Origin: Massalongia carnosa
Taxonomy: Eukaryota
Length of the DNA stretch: 64,000 bases
Reading direction: 5' to 3'
NCBI GenBank assembly: GCA_965645245.1
Contig: OZ287069.1
Coordinates: forward strand, 1,178,001 to 1,242,000
Of the stretch, positions 34,743 through 45,700 are shown piece after piece. The notes beneath the pieces were generated by a model. The model was given only the letters and a program-made list of their open reading frames with translations, searched no databases and had not been told where the DNA came from. The stretch's first letter is position 1, and each line of letters starts with the position of its first letter. The position numbers and the translations under genes are program-made.

Positions 34743-36364
34743 AAGTTAGCCAATCTTTCATCATCAAAACGTGACAGGGCATCTGCTAGTCCATTGGAAG
34801 TGCCACTGATCCATTGACAACGTAGTACGATGTCCCACTTTGCAGCTATGGACAGTATTTCTCGTAGAGGCGCGTTGGCCGGTCCCTTGAGGGTTAGATT
34901 CGTGAATACTGTGTATGCTGTGTTGCTGTCGGTAAAGACAAGGATCTGTCGATGTCGCCATGTCGGCGCCCATTTCTGAAGGATTAGAAGGATAGCCTCG
35001 ACTTCTCGGACGTTTATGCTCGGTGATTCTTCCTGATTGAGGACTAGGACTCGGGCCCTACATGCGTTTTTTTGATTCACGAGCTCGTTGTCTTGTTGAA
35101 AATAGCCTCCGAGACCCGTGAGGCATGCATCCGTATGCACCTTGATCGTGTCTCGTGTTGACGTCTCGAAGAAGACAATACCGTTGAAGTCCACTAAAAG
35201 TTTGTTCCACCAGATGAGATCCTGTCTGACCCATGTGGGAATTCTTCTTTTGACCCGACGATGACTGCCCGAGGGAAATGAGGCTATAAAATTCCAGAAT
35301 AATCGTAAGAAGACTCGGCCCAATTTGACTGCCTGTGCGCAGAAGCTTAGGAAGCCCGCTATTGACTGCATGTCGCCGAGGCTGATTGTCGTCTCGTTTA
35401 GTGCCTTTGTAGTGATGATTCTCGCTTTTTCCAGCTTGTCCGCTGGCAGACGAATAAGACTGTTGATGGTGTCGACCTCGAGTCCGAAGACTGTCGCTGT
35501 CGTTCCCTCGGCGTCTTTTGAGTCGTTTCTCGGGATGCCGAGAATGTCGGTGAGAATGTTGTAGGCTTTTGTTTCTTGGTGCAATCGTTCTGACGATGTC
35601 TCGGATGGGAAAATTGCAACGAAGTCGTCTAGATAGTGATGTAATCTCCATTGTAGAAAGGATTCCAAAATCCAATAAAAGCCTTCCGCAAAAAGATTGA
35701 AGATGAACGGGGCCGTCGACAGTCCGAACGAAAGGCATGTCTCGGTGTAGAATTCGTCATTCCATCCGAAACCCAGAAGCCATTGATGATGAGGTGCGAC
35801 GGGAACGTTTCGAAAGGCGTCTTTGACGTCTCTTTTCACTATGACAGCACCTTTGCCCTCTGACAGAATCAATTGAATAATGTCGTCGAGTCTGGCGTAT
35901 TGTAATTTGGATGCCTCTTCTGGAATGTTGTCGTTGACTGATGTTTGATTGGGATGAGACAGATGATGAATGCGTCGCCATCCTCCGTCATGTTTCGGGA
36001 CCAAGCCGAGGGGGGAGGCCACAAATGGCTGACTCGGGGCGGCTATTCGTCTGACTCGGCCCTTCCTGAGGTCCTCTTGAAGCTTATTCTCGATCGTTTC
36101 CGGGTCCTCATTCGCTGATGTCAGATTTTTTTCGATCCGAAGGATGTCTGTGGGGCCTTCGTATCCGATTTGTACTCCGAAACGAAGGATCATGGGCAGA
36201 TGGACTCGGAGGGGGCCCGGATACTCTTGAAGTAGGGTTGCCCATGCGGACGGTACGAGGGGAGATGGGCTGTCTTTCAAACGCTGACGAGATGCGTCTA
36301 CGAGTTGAAACGAAGGGATTATATTTGGTCTGATTGGTGCAGGTAAGCAGGGATGGGACGTCAT
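34661..36364 (-). CDS. Reverse transcriptase + RNase H (DIRS/Ngaro type)
   Basis: SPLGLVPK, RRIHHLS, DVKDAFR, FGLSTAP, YLDD; RNase H TDAC, EVEAI, TDS, NGLADALSR. Confidence 0.93.
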   Translation of the reverse strand: MTSHPCLPAPIRPNIIPSFQLVDASRQRLKDSPSPLVPSAWATLLQEYPGPLRVHLPMILRFGVQIGYEGPTDILRIEKNLTSANEDPETIENKLQEDLRKGRVRRIAAPSQPFVASPLGLVPKHDGGWRRIHHLSHPNQTSVNDNIPEEASKLQYARLDDIIQLILSEGKGAVIVKRDVKDAFRNVPVAPHHQWLLGFGWNDEFYTETCLSFGLSTAPFIFNLFAEGFYWILESFLQWRLHHYLDDFVAIFPSETSSERLHQETKAYNILTDILGIPRNDSKDAEGTTATVFGLEVDTINSLIRLPADKLEKARIITTKALNETTISLGDMQSIAGFLSFCAQAVKLGRVFLRLFWNFIASFPSGSHRRVKRRIPTWVRQDLIWWNKLLVDFNGIVFFETSTRDTIKVHTDACLTGLGGYFQQDNELVNQKNACRARVLVLNQEESPSINVREVEAILLILQKWAPTWRHRQILVFTDSNTAYTVFTNLTLKGPANAPLREILSIAAKWDIVLRCQWISGTSNGLADALSRFDDERLANFCPHWQNPYNSMNLPPPTYPPHQGQPW

Positions 36365-36409
36365 GAATTCAGCTATTGAAGCTATTCTACTGCCTCCTGC
36401 ACCAACCCC

Positions 36410-37422
36410 CTATTTCTTCGTTGGGCATGTCTTCTGGCCATGCCCAGCCGCGCCGCACGATTTGCATTTGTGCTGTCGGTAGCACGACGGCCAGGTGCAG
36501 GTGCCGCTGTTGTACTTGTCGCAGATTTCCCCCGCTGCCTTCTCGGCCCTCTCGGCCCTGTCTCCTCTCGGGGTCGGTCGTCGGGACGGCGGGGATCGTG
36601 AGCGGCGACGGCGTAGGACTGTGAGGGGGGTGCAGAATCGAGCTTGGAATTCGTCGGGCATTTTCCATTGGGATGCGTCGGATGGCTGAGACGCGATGAT
36701 GTAGGTGTGGGTTTCGATGGCGAGGGGGAGGACTGCTTCCTGCCACTCGTACACCTTGGCCAGCGTGAGGATTTTTCCGTGGAATGCCGACATGGTGGCG
36801 TGAAGCTGTTGACTCGATTTCCCGAAAAGACTGACCATGATCGAGGTGTAGTTGATGAAGCTCTCGGTCCAGACGTCATGAACTGTCTTTCCGAAATCTT
36901 TGTAGGTCCCAAATGCCTTTCTCAACCTCAAGGCGCCGTATTCGATGCCGATGCGGTCTTGATCCTTGTATGACTCGTATTGCATGCCGTGCATGTGTCG
37001 GAGGCGGGAGAGGTTGATGGCTTCGAATTTATTTGAAAAGATCTTGATGATCTCGTCCTGTGGTAGGCCCGCGAAACGGGGTGCTATGCTTCTTACTTCG
37101 AGAGGGATCTCACCTAGGTCCTCGTCGTCATCGCCGACGACACGACTCGGCTTGCCAGCAGGAATGACGGCCGCTATTCGGGCGTCAGATTCTCGGCGCA
37201 TGCAGTCGATTTCTAGCTGCATTTTTCCACCTCCTTCTCGGCGACCAATGCCTTGGACTCGGCAATTCTAGCCTCAGCCTCGGCCGCCTTCGCTTCCGCC
37301 TCGGCTTTCTTCTTTTGTAGGGCGAAGATTTGATTGGATTGGGCCTGCGTCAATCCGACAATCTCCTGGGGGTCGGGGACTATGTCGTCCATCAAGGTGC
37401 TTTGGGAACGGGTGTTCGTCAT
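36410..37422 (-). CDS. Gag-like ORF1 of the YR element, with one frameshift near 37222
   Basis: Coiled-coil N-terminus; C-terminal CDKYNSGTCTWPSCYRQHKCKSCGAAGHGQKTC zinc finger. Confidence 0.8.
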
Positions 37423-37429
37423 TGGGAGT

Positions 37430-37548
37430 TAGGGGCACCGAGACAACGTGAGGTCGACGACGAGTCAGTGAGATTGGAAAAGCAGCAAGCACTGACAGCG
37501 AGGTAGGGGCACCAAGACAACTTGGGGTCGACGACGAGTCAGTGAGAT
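37430..37548. repeat. Two 45-bp direct repeats in the YR element leader
   Basis: 37430-37474 and 37504-37548, 42/45 identical. Confidence 0.9.
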
Positions 37549-38381
37549 GGATGAGGCCGAGTGAGAAGAAGTGAATGAGGAAAGAATTTTCAGAGGGTGA
37601 TTCTTAATTTACTTTGACTCAGGGGCCTCACGTGACATAGAACTATCTCATTTATTGAAAAAAATCAAAAAAAACTTTCATTATTTTCACCTATTGTAGT
37701 GTCTGGTAAAGGGTTAAATCAGACTTACTGCCTTAGCGAGGAACGGTCTATTTTAACCCGATTAGCATTTATTTGACGAGTTATAGTTAATAAAATAGGG
37801 ATAGGAAAGAAAGAGTCATTTGACCAGTAAACAGGTGTAAATTCTATTCTGACTAGTACGTCCGGGGAACGTCAGAATAAATTATTTGGTGGCGATAAAA
37901 GGGATATTGCAAAGGCAAAAAACACTATGCTCAATCGAAGGTTTAACCCGATGGGTCATAGACCAAATCGATTGATACCATCAACTCCACCCCCAGGCCC
38001 CCCTCCGAAACATCTATGGGTCCCCCCGACTACGCCCCCGGGCCCCCCCCCCCCAACAGACTCCCCCACGCCATCTTCGGTAGCGATAATTGGGAGCACC
38101 CCCCCAACCGTAGAGTCCACGGAGGCCATGGACCAAAGGCGAGGATTCTCGCCCGCACCGTCCACACCCACCCCAAAAGCCAAATCTTTTGTCGCGCCAT
38201 CTGGTGAATTCAGTACTAATCTGCCCATGCCATCATTGAATTCTGATATTCGACTGAGTCCACTAATTAAACGCAACATTTGACGAACATTTGACAAACA
38301 TTCGATTGAAAGTCAAGAAGTCATCAATCGAACAAAATCGATTCAACTATTGAATACGGCAACAAATGCATTATTAAAGTC

Positions 38382-38820
38382 TGTCATGAAATAAAGTTTG
38401 AGTTAAAACCTAATTGATTACCCCGAACCGCCAAGCGGCGATCGAGGTAAAAGCCACCTGAAAGCCTATTCAGATTCATCCTCGGTATGAGTCTGAATAA
38501 ACCCCTTACTCCACTCCCAATCTCCTCACTCCACTAAACCCTCTTATCGCTAGAACGATCACATCCACTGGCCCACTTATCGCTCCACCTTATAGCCGCC
38601 ACTATCACCAAAATATCTCATCTAGGGTGAAGGTAAAACATGAGAAAGAAGGGGCTGGCTCAGGTATGAAAAGAGGACATATCCAGTAGATAGCTGACTC
38701 CTCGTCCGACGTCTTGTATAGCAAACCACCTCCTAGCTATAGCCTCATTAATAAAGACATCTTGATCATCCAATCCAATTCCTAGGAGCATTAGTTCAAT
38801 TCCCAACCCAGTCCTTGACA
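38382..38820 (+). mobile_element. Solo LTR of the G3 family (439 bp)
   Basis: TGTCATG...TTGACA; TSD AAGTC; inverted copy starts at 39757. Confidence 0.95.
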
Positions 38821-39756
38821 AAGTCATTCGTTCTAGATCAAAATCCTGAAACGGCTATTGTCATTGATCACGTCAATTCTCTCCTGGCAAAGAAATCGAT
38901 CAAGCCTAAACCAACGTTAGATATGATTGATTGGAAAATTGAATAGGGTGCTAGAACAAACTAGCAAAATTCCAGAAACAAAGAGACAATTGGTGCGACC
39001 TATACAGACAAGTTCAGATGGAAATTCGAATTTGAATATAAAAACGTCGACCCAACAATTCGGAGTGGAACCGCCGGGGTCCCGGGGCCGCTGGTCAATG
39101 ACACAGCTAGAACATGGAGCCAAATGCTTAGAAAAGCGACTGTTAATTCCGAAAATTGGACTACCGTTCCTCGATCTAAAAAAACAAACAACAATAACAA
39201 TAACAACAATTCGAATGCGAACAAATTCGATAATACTGACGATTTCAAGGCGATCAAATCTCGACGGTTGATAATTACACCGAAAGCTAAAATCGGCGAT
39301 ATCAACTCACTGTTGCTTCGAAACTAAATCAATTCGCTTTTTAAAGACGCGAAGTTAACTATCGTTGTTAATACGGTCGAGAAGTCCAAAACGGGTCAAA
39401 ACATTGTTCTACCTACTAGCCCTGAAAATACTGCTGAAGATTTATTGAACAATAAATCAATATGAGAGCATTTATTTGACCCACGAATAGTTCGAAAGGA
39501 CGAATCGTAGTTTAAAGTCGTCGCATACGGTGTAAACATTGCAATATTTGATGAAAACATGCAATATTTGCAAGACGAAATTCAAAAGTTCAATACGAAC
39601 ATGCAATTATGCGATGTTCCCAGATGGCTAGCACGTAATCGTCATAACAAGATCAAATCATCCGTTTTCTTGACATTCAACGATCGAAATATGGCCTTGA
39701 ACGCGTTAAAAGGAGTCAATATCGCGGGCCGACATTGTGACACGGAAATATTTACC

Positions 39757-42700
39757 TGTCAAGGACTGGGTTGGGAATTGAACTAATGTTCCTAGGAATT
39801 GGATTGGATAATCAAGATGTCTTTATTAATGAGGCTATAGCTAGGAGGTGGTTTGCTATACAAGACGTCGGACGAGAAGTCAGCTATCTACTGGATATGT
39901 CCTCTTTTCATACCTGAGCCAGCCCCTTCTTTCTCAAGTTTTACCTTCACCCTAGATGAGAGATTTTGGTAATAGTGGCGGCGATAAGGTAGAGCGATAA
40001 GTGGGCCAGTGGATGTGATCGTTCTAGCGATAAGAGGGTATAGTAGAGTGAGGAGGGGTTTATTCAGACTCATACCGAGGATGAATCTGAATAGGCTTTC
40101 AGGTGGCTTTTACCTCAAGCGCCGCTTGGCGGTTCGGGGTAATCAATTAGGCTTTAACTAACTTTAACGTAACTTACTGGGCAACGGGACAAACTGGGCA
40201 ACGGGACTAAGTAATTCCGAAATCATCACTTTTTGACCACTCTAGATGATGAAGCCTTCATTACATATATTTTATATACAAATTCAGCTTCAGACATCAC
40301 AGTAGATTATATTCATCATTTTGAAACTTTATAATCATAGGTGTAGGTAAAAAAACCACCTCCCACAAGACCTCCATTCCTTCATATTTTCACCCCACCT
40401 CTACCTATCAACAACGATTACAGTCAGCCTTTTTGGCCTGGAAACAGGCCGATGGAGCTCTTTCCATTACGAAGGCAGCTTTCTATATGATGTTTTAAAG
40501 TCTACCCTTCATGCCCGCATTCACGGTCGTCAATCACGATTTACGTCTGATCAAACTAAACAACTGCTGACCCCCGAGGAGGAAGACGCTTTGAAGAACT
40601 GGGTTTTACAACTGTACGCCTGGGGCTGGCCTGCTAAAATAGCTCAGCTACGTCAGATAGCTATAGAATTACTACGAGCAAGGGCGAATCATACTGTGCT
40701 AGGAGTCAATTGGTAACAGTATTTTTACATCGTCATCCCGATCTGCAGGCTAAATACAGTCGCACACTAGATCAAGAACGATTATTCGCTGAGAATGAAG
40801 AGATATTTCAGCACTGGTTTGACCTTTTCCTCTCCATGAAAGAAAAGCACGGAATTCTTGATGAAGACATCTACAATATGGACGAAAAGGGATTCATGAT
40901 GGGGGTAGCTGCTAGTGCTAAAGTAGTAATTTCTAAGCACGAAAAGCAAGCCTTTTCAGCACAGTCAGGTAATCGAGAATGGGTGTCATTGATCGAGTCC
41001 ATTTGTACTACCGGTCGAAGTTTACCTCTTTTCGTCATCTTCAAAGGAGTCAACGAGCAAAAGGCCTGGTACGATGCACTGGAGGTCATTGACACCGAAA
41101 TAGCTACCAGCGAAAACGGATGGACAGACAATGAACTAGGTCTTGATTGGTAGAAAAAGTGTTTTGAACCTGCTACTGCAAAATATCTACACGGTTAATA
41201 TCGACTTCTTATAGTAGATGGTCATGCTTCCCATATTTCTACCGAATTCATCAAGTTTTGCAACGAAAAGAAAATCTTTCTTTTATGTCTACCTCCACAT
41301 ACTACCCATATGTTGCAACGTCTGGACGTGAGTGTTTTTGGGCCCTTATCACGGGAATATAAAAAACAATTAGAGGTCGGCACCCGATTCAACGTCTGTT
41401 TAGTGGACAAGGTGGATTTTCTGAAGATCATTCAAAAAGCAAGAAAAGAAGCAATCAACACAAAAAACGTGCTGACTGCATAGAGAGCAACCGGATTAGT
41501 ACCATACAATTCGTCATCAGTTCTTCAAAAACTCACTAATATACAATCGGTGTTGCGAAAGACTGATAGTATCATCACCACCACCACTATTACTACCACT
41601 ACGAATATCACCTCCTCTCATCCTAACACTCCGACAACCCTTCAAAACTCTCACGAAATTGAAAAGACACCTGCAAATATCGATCAAATAAATCAACTGA
41701 TTCGTCGAATTCGAAATGATGAAGAATCAGACTCGACTCCCGTTCGAGCGCTAAATAAATTGATAAAAGGCGCTAAATATGCCTTCGCAGACTCTACCTT
41801 GCTACGTATCACCAACAACGAGCTTCTTCAGGCCAATGTACGGCGCCATCATCGAGCCAATCGTAGCGAGGCTCACTATGGAGGAAAGGCTCGAGTTCTA
41901 AGCCTTGAAGACGTTCAACAAAGACAGCAATGGGCCAAAGATAAACAAAAGGTGAAAGACGAAAAAAAGAAGGCCGCTCAGCTAAAACGAGCTGAGCAGG
42001 ACCTTATCAAAACTTTCAGGGAAATGTGTCGATTTGGACCTGATTTACTAGGACAAACGTCTACTGCATCTTCGACGAAAAGTCCTCAGAAAAGTCCTCA
42101 GAAAGCACCTGATAGTTCACAAAGTAAGCCTATTTGTTCTTTTCCAAGACGATTGCTACCTCCTCCCGTGCTTCAACCAATGACAGAAGAGGTAGAGGGG
42201 GTAGAGGAGGTGAAGGTAAGTGGGGGGGTAGAGGTAGAGGTGGAGGTGGTGGAGGAGGTGAAGAAGGTTCAAACTACCAGACGGGGTCGTATTGTACGTC
42301 AACTACGTAAAATGTGATTAAGTTGCATGCAGACAAAATATCAATTTCACGTCTAATAGACATTGAAGCCGAATTTGTATGTAAAACGGGTGAGAGGGAG
42401 GCTGTAGAAATTAAGCGAAATTTAGTTAGTCCCGTTACCCAGTTTGTTCCGTTGCCCAGTGAGTTACGTTATTTCATGACAGTAGCTCCCCCTTCGAAGG
42501 CTGAGCTCCCGCGATGCTGGTTCAGTCATGACACTGATATCGAGGAATGAGACAAGGGATTATGTGAGGCCCTATGGCATTAGGGTAAGCTTCATGAAAT
42601 TTATCGATTGCTTGCTGACAATTGGTTAGCAGGTTAAAAGGTTCCCATGTCGTAGGATGTCCTTCCCAATTCACAAGATATTTGAGGAGCGGTGGTTGAT

Positions 42701-45700
42701 AACGTCGATCCGTCTTTGAGTTGAGAATACTGTGGACATACTACTCGCGTTGACCGTCTGTACCGACTATAGGGTTTCGAGGTTCGTAAAGTTGGCCAGG
42801 AAGAGGATCGTCTGCATCGTGCTACAGAAGGTTGACATGAAAAACGGGATGAACTTGTAGCGTGTCGGGAAGTTCAAGCTGAACGATAAGAGGATTGGAA
42901 TATACTTTGGTGACCCTATAAGGGCCGGCGTGTTGATCATTTAGTTTCGCTGCCGGTCGGGCTATCTGAATATTTCGAGTATTTAACCATACCATATCAT
43001 CCACGAGATAGCGGGGGCACGGGCGACGATTCTCGTTAGCGGTGGCTTCTTAAGAGGCTTGAGCGATTAACATTTCGTCATAAAGATGAGCATATACATC
43101 CTTCATCTTATCCACGAACTGATAAGCGGCAACTAGGTTGGCTCTTCCTTGAGCAGTCAGATCATGGGGTAGAGGTTCTTCGGGCTCGAATCCTACTCGA
43201 GGATGTTGTCCGTGATTGGCTAGGAAGGGAGAAGCGAGGATACTGGAGGAGTCGGTATTGTTGCTAGCGAATTCAGCACCTAGTAAGTACTGAGCCTAGT
43301 CGTCTTGCATATAATTGAAATAGGCTCGAAGATAGTGCTCCATGGTCGCATTAGCCCTTTCGGTTTGGCCGTCGGTTTCAGGGTGAAAGCTGATTGATAA
43401 CCTAGCATCAATCTTAAGACGTTTACACATGAGTTCCCAGAAGTCGGAGGTGAACTGAGTGCCTCGATCGGAAGTCAAGGCGTCGGAGAGTCCGTGTAAT
43501 TTCCACACGTTCTGATAGAAGGAGTTGGTAGCTTCTTCTGCCTCATGGAGGTAGTGGGGACAAAGTGTCGCATCTTAGAGAGACGGTCGATGAAGACTAG
43601 AACATATCGATAGGTGACACCTATGAAGGTACTAGGAGGCAGTAGTCCTACATAGTCTATAGAGATATCACGCTATCGACGTTCAGGCGGGGATAGAGGG
43701 CGCAGCCAGCCTTAATATCGTTGACGGGACGGTTTGGATCGCTTACAGGTGTGACAGTTGCGAATGAATCTTTTTACGGTTTGATGCATATTGGGCCACC
43801 AGTACGATCGACTCATCAACTCATAACACTTGGAGCGGCCAGGATGACCACCCGCTACACTGTCGTGGGCATGCTGGATGAGACGAAGTCTCAGGCGATC
43901 TGACTTGGGTACGTACTTGCGATCGCGAAAATAAAGAACTCTATCTCTATTCTCACACTCGGCTAGCTGAATTTTAGGATGATACCGGACGTTTTTATAG
44001 AGTGCGTCTAGGGTTTTTGATGGGAATTGATCTCGAAGTTGAGCCTGTTCCCATACCAGTTTAGTGGGGACATCTAGAGGGTCTTGATCGGGATCGACTT
44101 GATTGGTAGGTTGATCCAACTAGGGTTCGATGAACTCAGGATCGGGTTCAATGAACTCGGGGTCGGGTTCGATAAACGTAGGGGCTAGCATTATGGTGGA
44201 GAGGAAGCTTGCTGCAACTTTACCATCTAGGTTGTGGGTTTTCAGTATGGTTTGATTCTGGTATTTTTGTCTTTCGTCGGTTTCATCCCCCTCTTTAGGG
44301 AGATCTCCTGATCGACGAGTTAATGCATCTGGCTTTCCTCCAGCTTTTCCGGGTCGATATACTATTTTAAAGTCAAAACGAGACAAGAATTCAGACCAAC
44401 GGGCCTGTCTGCGACTGAGCTGCTTGGTGGAAGCGAAGTATTCCAAGTTTTTATGGTCTGAAATTACGCTAATAGGAAAAGCAGAGCCTTCCAACTCGGG
44501 TCTCCATTCTTCAAAGCAACGGACGATGGCCATTAACTCTTTGTCGTAGATCTCGTAGTTGCATTCGGCCGGATTGTGTTTTTTGGAGAAGTAGGCGATG
44601 GGGCGCAGCACGTTTTCATTATCATATTGCGAGAGAATACCAGCGGAGACATAATCGGAAGCGTCAGTTTCGACGATGATAGGTTTGTAAGGGTTGAAAT
44701 GCAGAAGCACTTTTTCGGAGGTTAAGGCCTTTTTGAGAGTATTGAAAGCTTGCTGACATCGATCAGTCCAGTTGAACTCGACTTCCTTCTTGGTTAGATT
44801 CGTTAGTAGACCGGCTATATTACTGAAGCCATAGATGAATCTTCTATAGAAGTTAGCGAATCCCAAAAAGCTTTGAACATCCTTCATGTTGATCGGGGTT
44901 GGCCAGTTGGTTACGGTTTCGACTTTGGCAGGATCTATTCTGATACCCTCGATAGTTACGATTAATCTTAGATATGCAACTTCTTTAACGTGGAATTTGG
45001 ATTTAGTGATGTCGCATTGTAGCCCGTTTTCTATCAATTTGTTGAGAACTCTTCTGACATGGATCTCGTGTTCGCCTTCGATTTCACTATAGATAAGGAT
45101 ATCATCGAGATAGGCTGTACAGAAATCGTCAAGAAATTCTCGAAGAATGTCGTTGATGAAATGTTGAAAAGAGGCGGGTCCGTTGCACAGACTAAAAGGC
45201 AAGACCAAGGATTCGAATAGGCCGAAACGAGTTCGAAAGGCGGTGAGTTCCTCATCCCCTCTTTGATTCGAAGGCGATTAAAGGCTGCAATGATATCTAA
45301 CTTGGTAAATATCTTGGCCCTGGCTAATCGATGCAGGGTTTCAGCAATCAGGGGAAGTAGATATCGATTTTTTACGGTAACTGCATTGAGACCTCGATAG
45401 TCCACGCAAAAGCGAAGTCCTCCTCCCGGCTTTTTTACGAACATAACCGGAGACGCGGCGGGGCGATTTGCTCGCTCGAATGAAACCTTTAGCCAGGTTC
45501 TCATCCAGATAGCGACGAAGTTCTTGAATCTGATCACGGCTCATGCCGTAAAGAGCTTGGTTGGGAGCCTGAAAGCTTTCTTTTAGCTTGATGGCATGGT
45601 CATAGGGTCGATGATCGGCTAAGACGTCAGAGTCTTTTTTGGAAAAGGCGTGCAATAGGTCGTGGTATTGCTTGGGAAGGAGGAGCGCTGGATCGACGTT

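Larger units (their letters stand above)
33338..37644 (-). mobile_element. Tyrosine-recombinase retrotransposon (Ngaro-like: gag, RT-RH, YR; no methyltransferase)
   Basis: Boundaries set by interruption of the LINE 5' region; ATCTC at both junctions; three coding regions on the minus strand. Confidence 0.92.
32750..39756 (+). mobile_element. Tad1-like LINE copy A: 5' region plus degenerate ORF1 (from 37927), interrupted by the YR element and a solo LTR, cut by G3
   Basis: 32750-33337 and 37645-39756 are collinear with ~51145-53400 of copy C; ORF1 has several stops. Confidence 0.9.

Noticed and set aside
34661..36364. DIRS1-type element, retron or DGR reverse transcriptase
   Set aside because: No methyltransferase or inverted terminal repeats for DIRS1; eukaryotic context, RNase H fusion and no template/variable repeat pair.
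44122..44177. FIEPDPE peptide repeat in G3 pol
   Set aside because: A 21-bp slippage repeat in the variable RNase H-integrase linker of a dead element.
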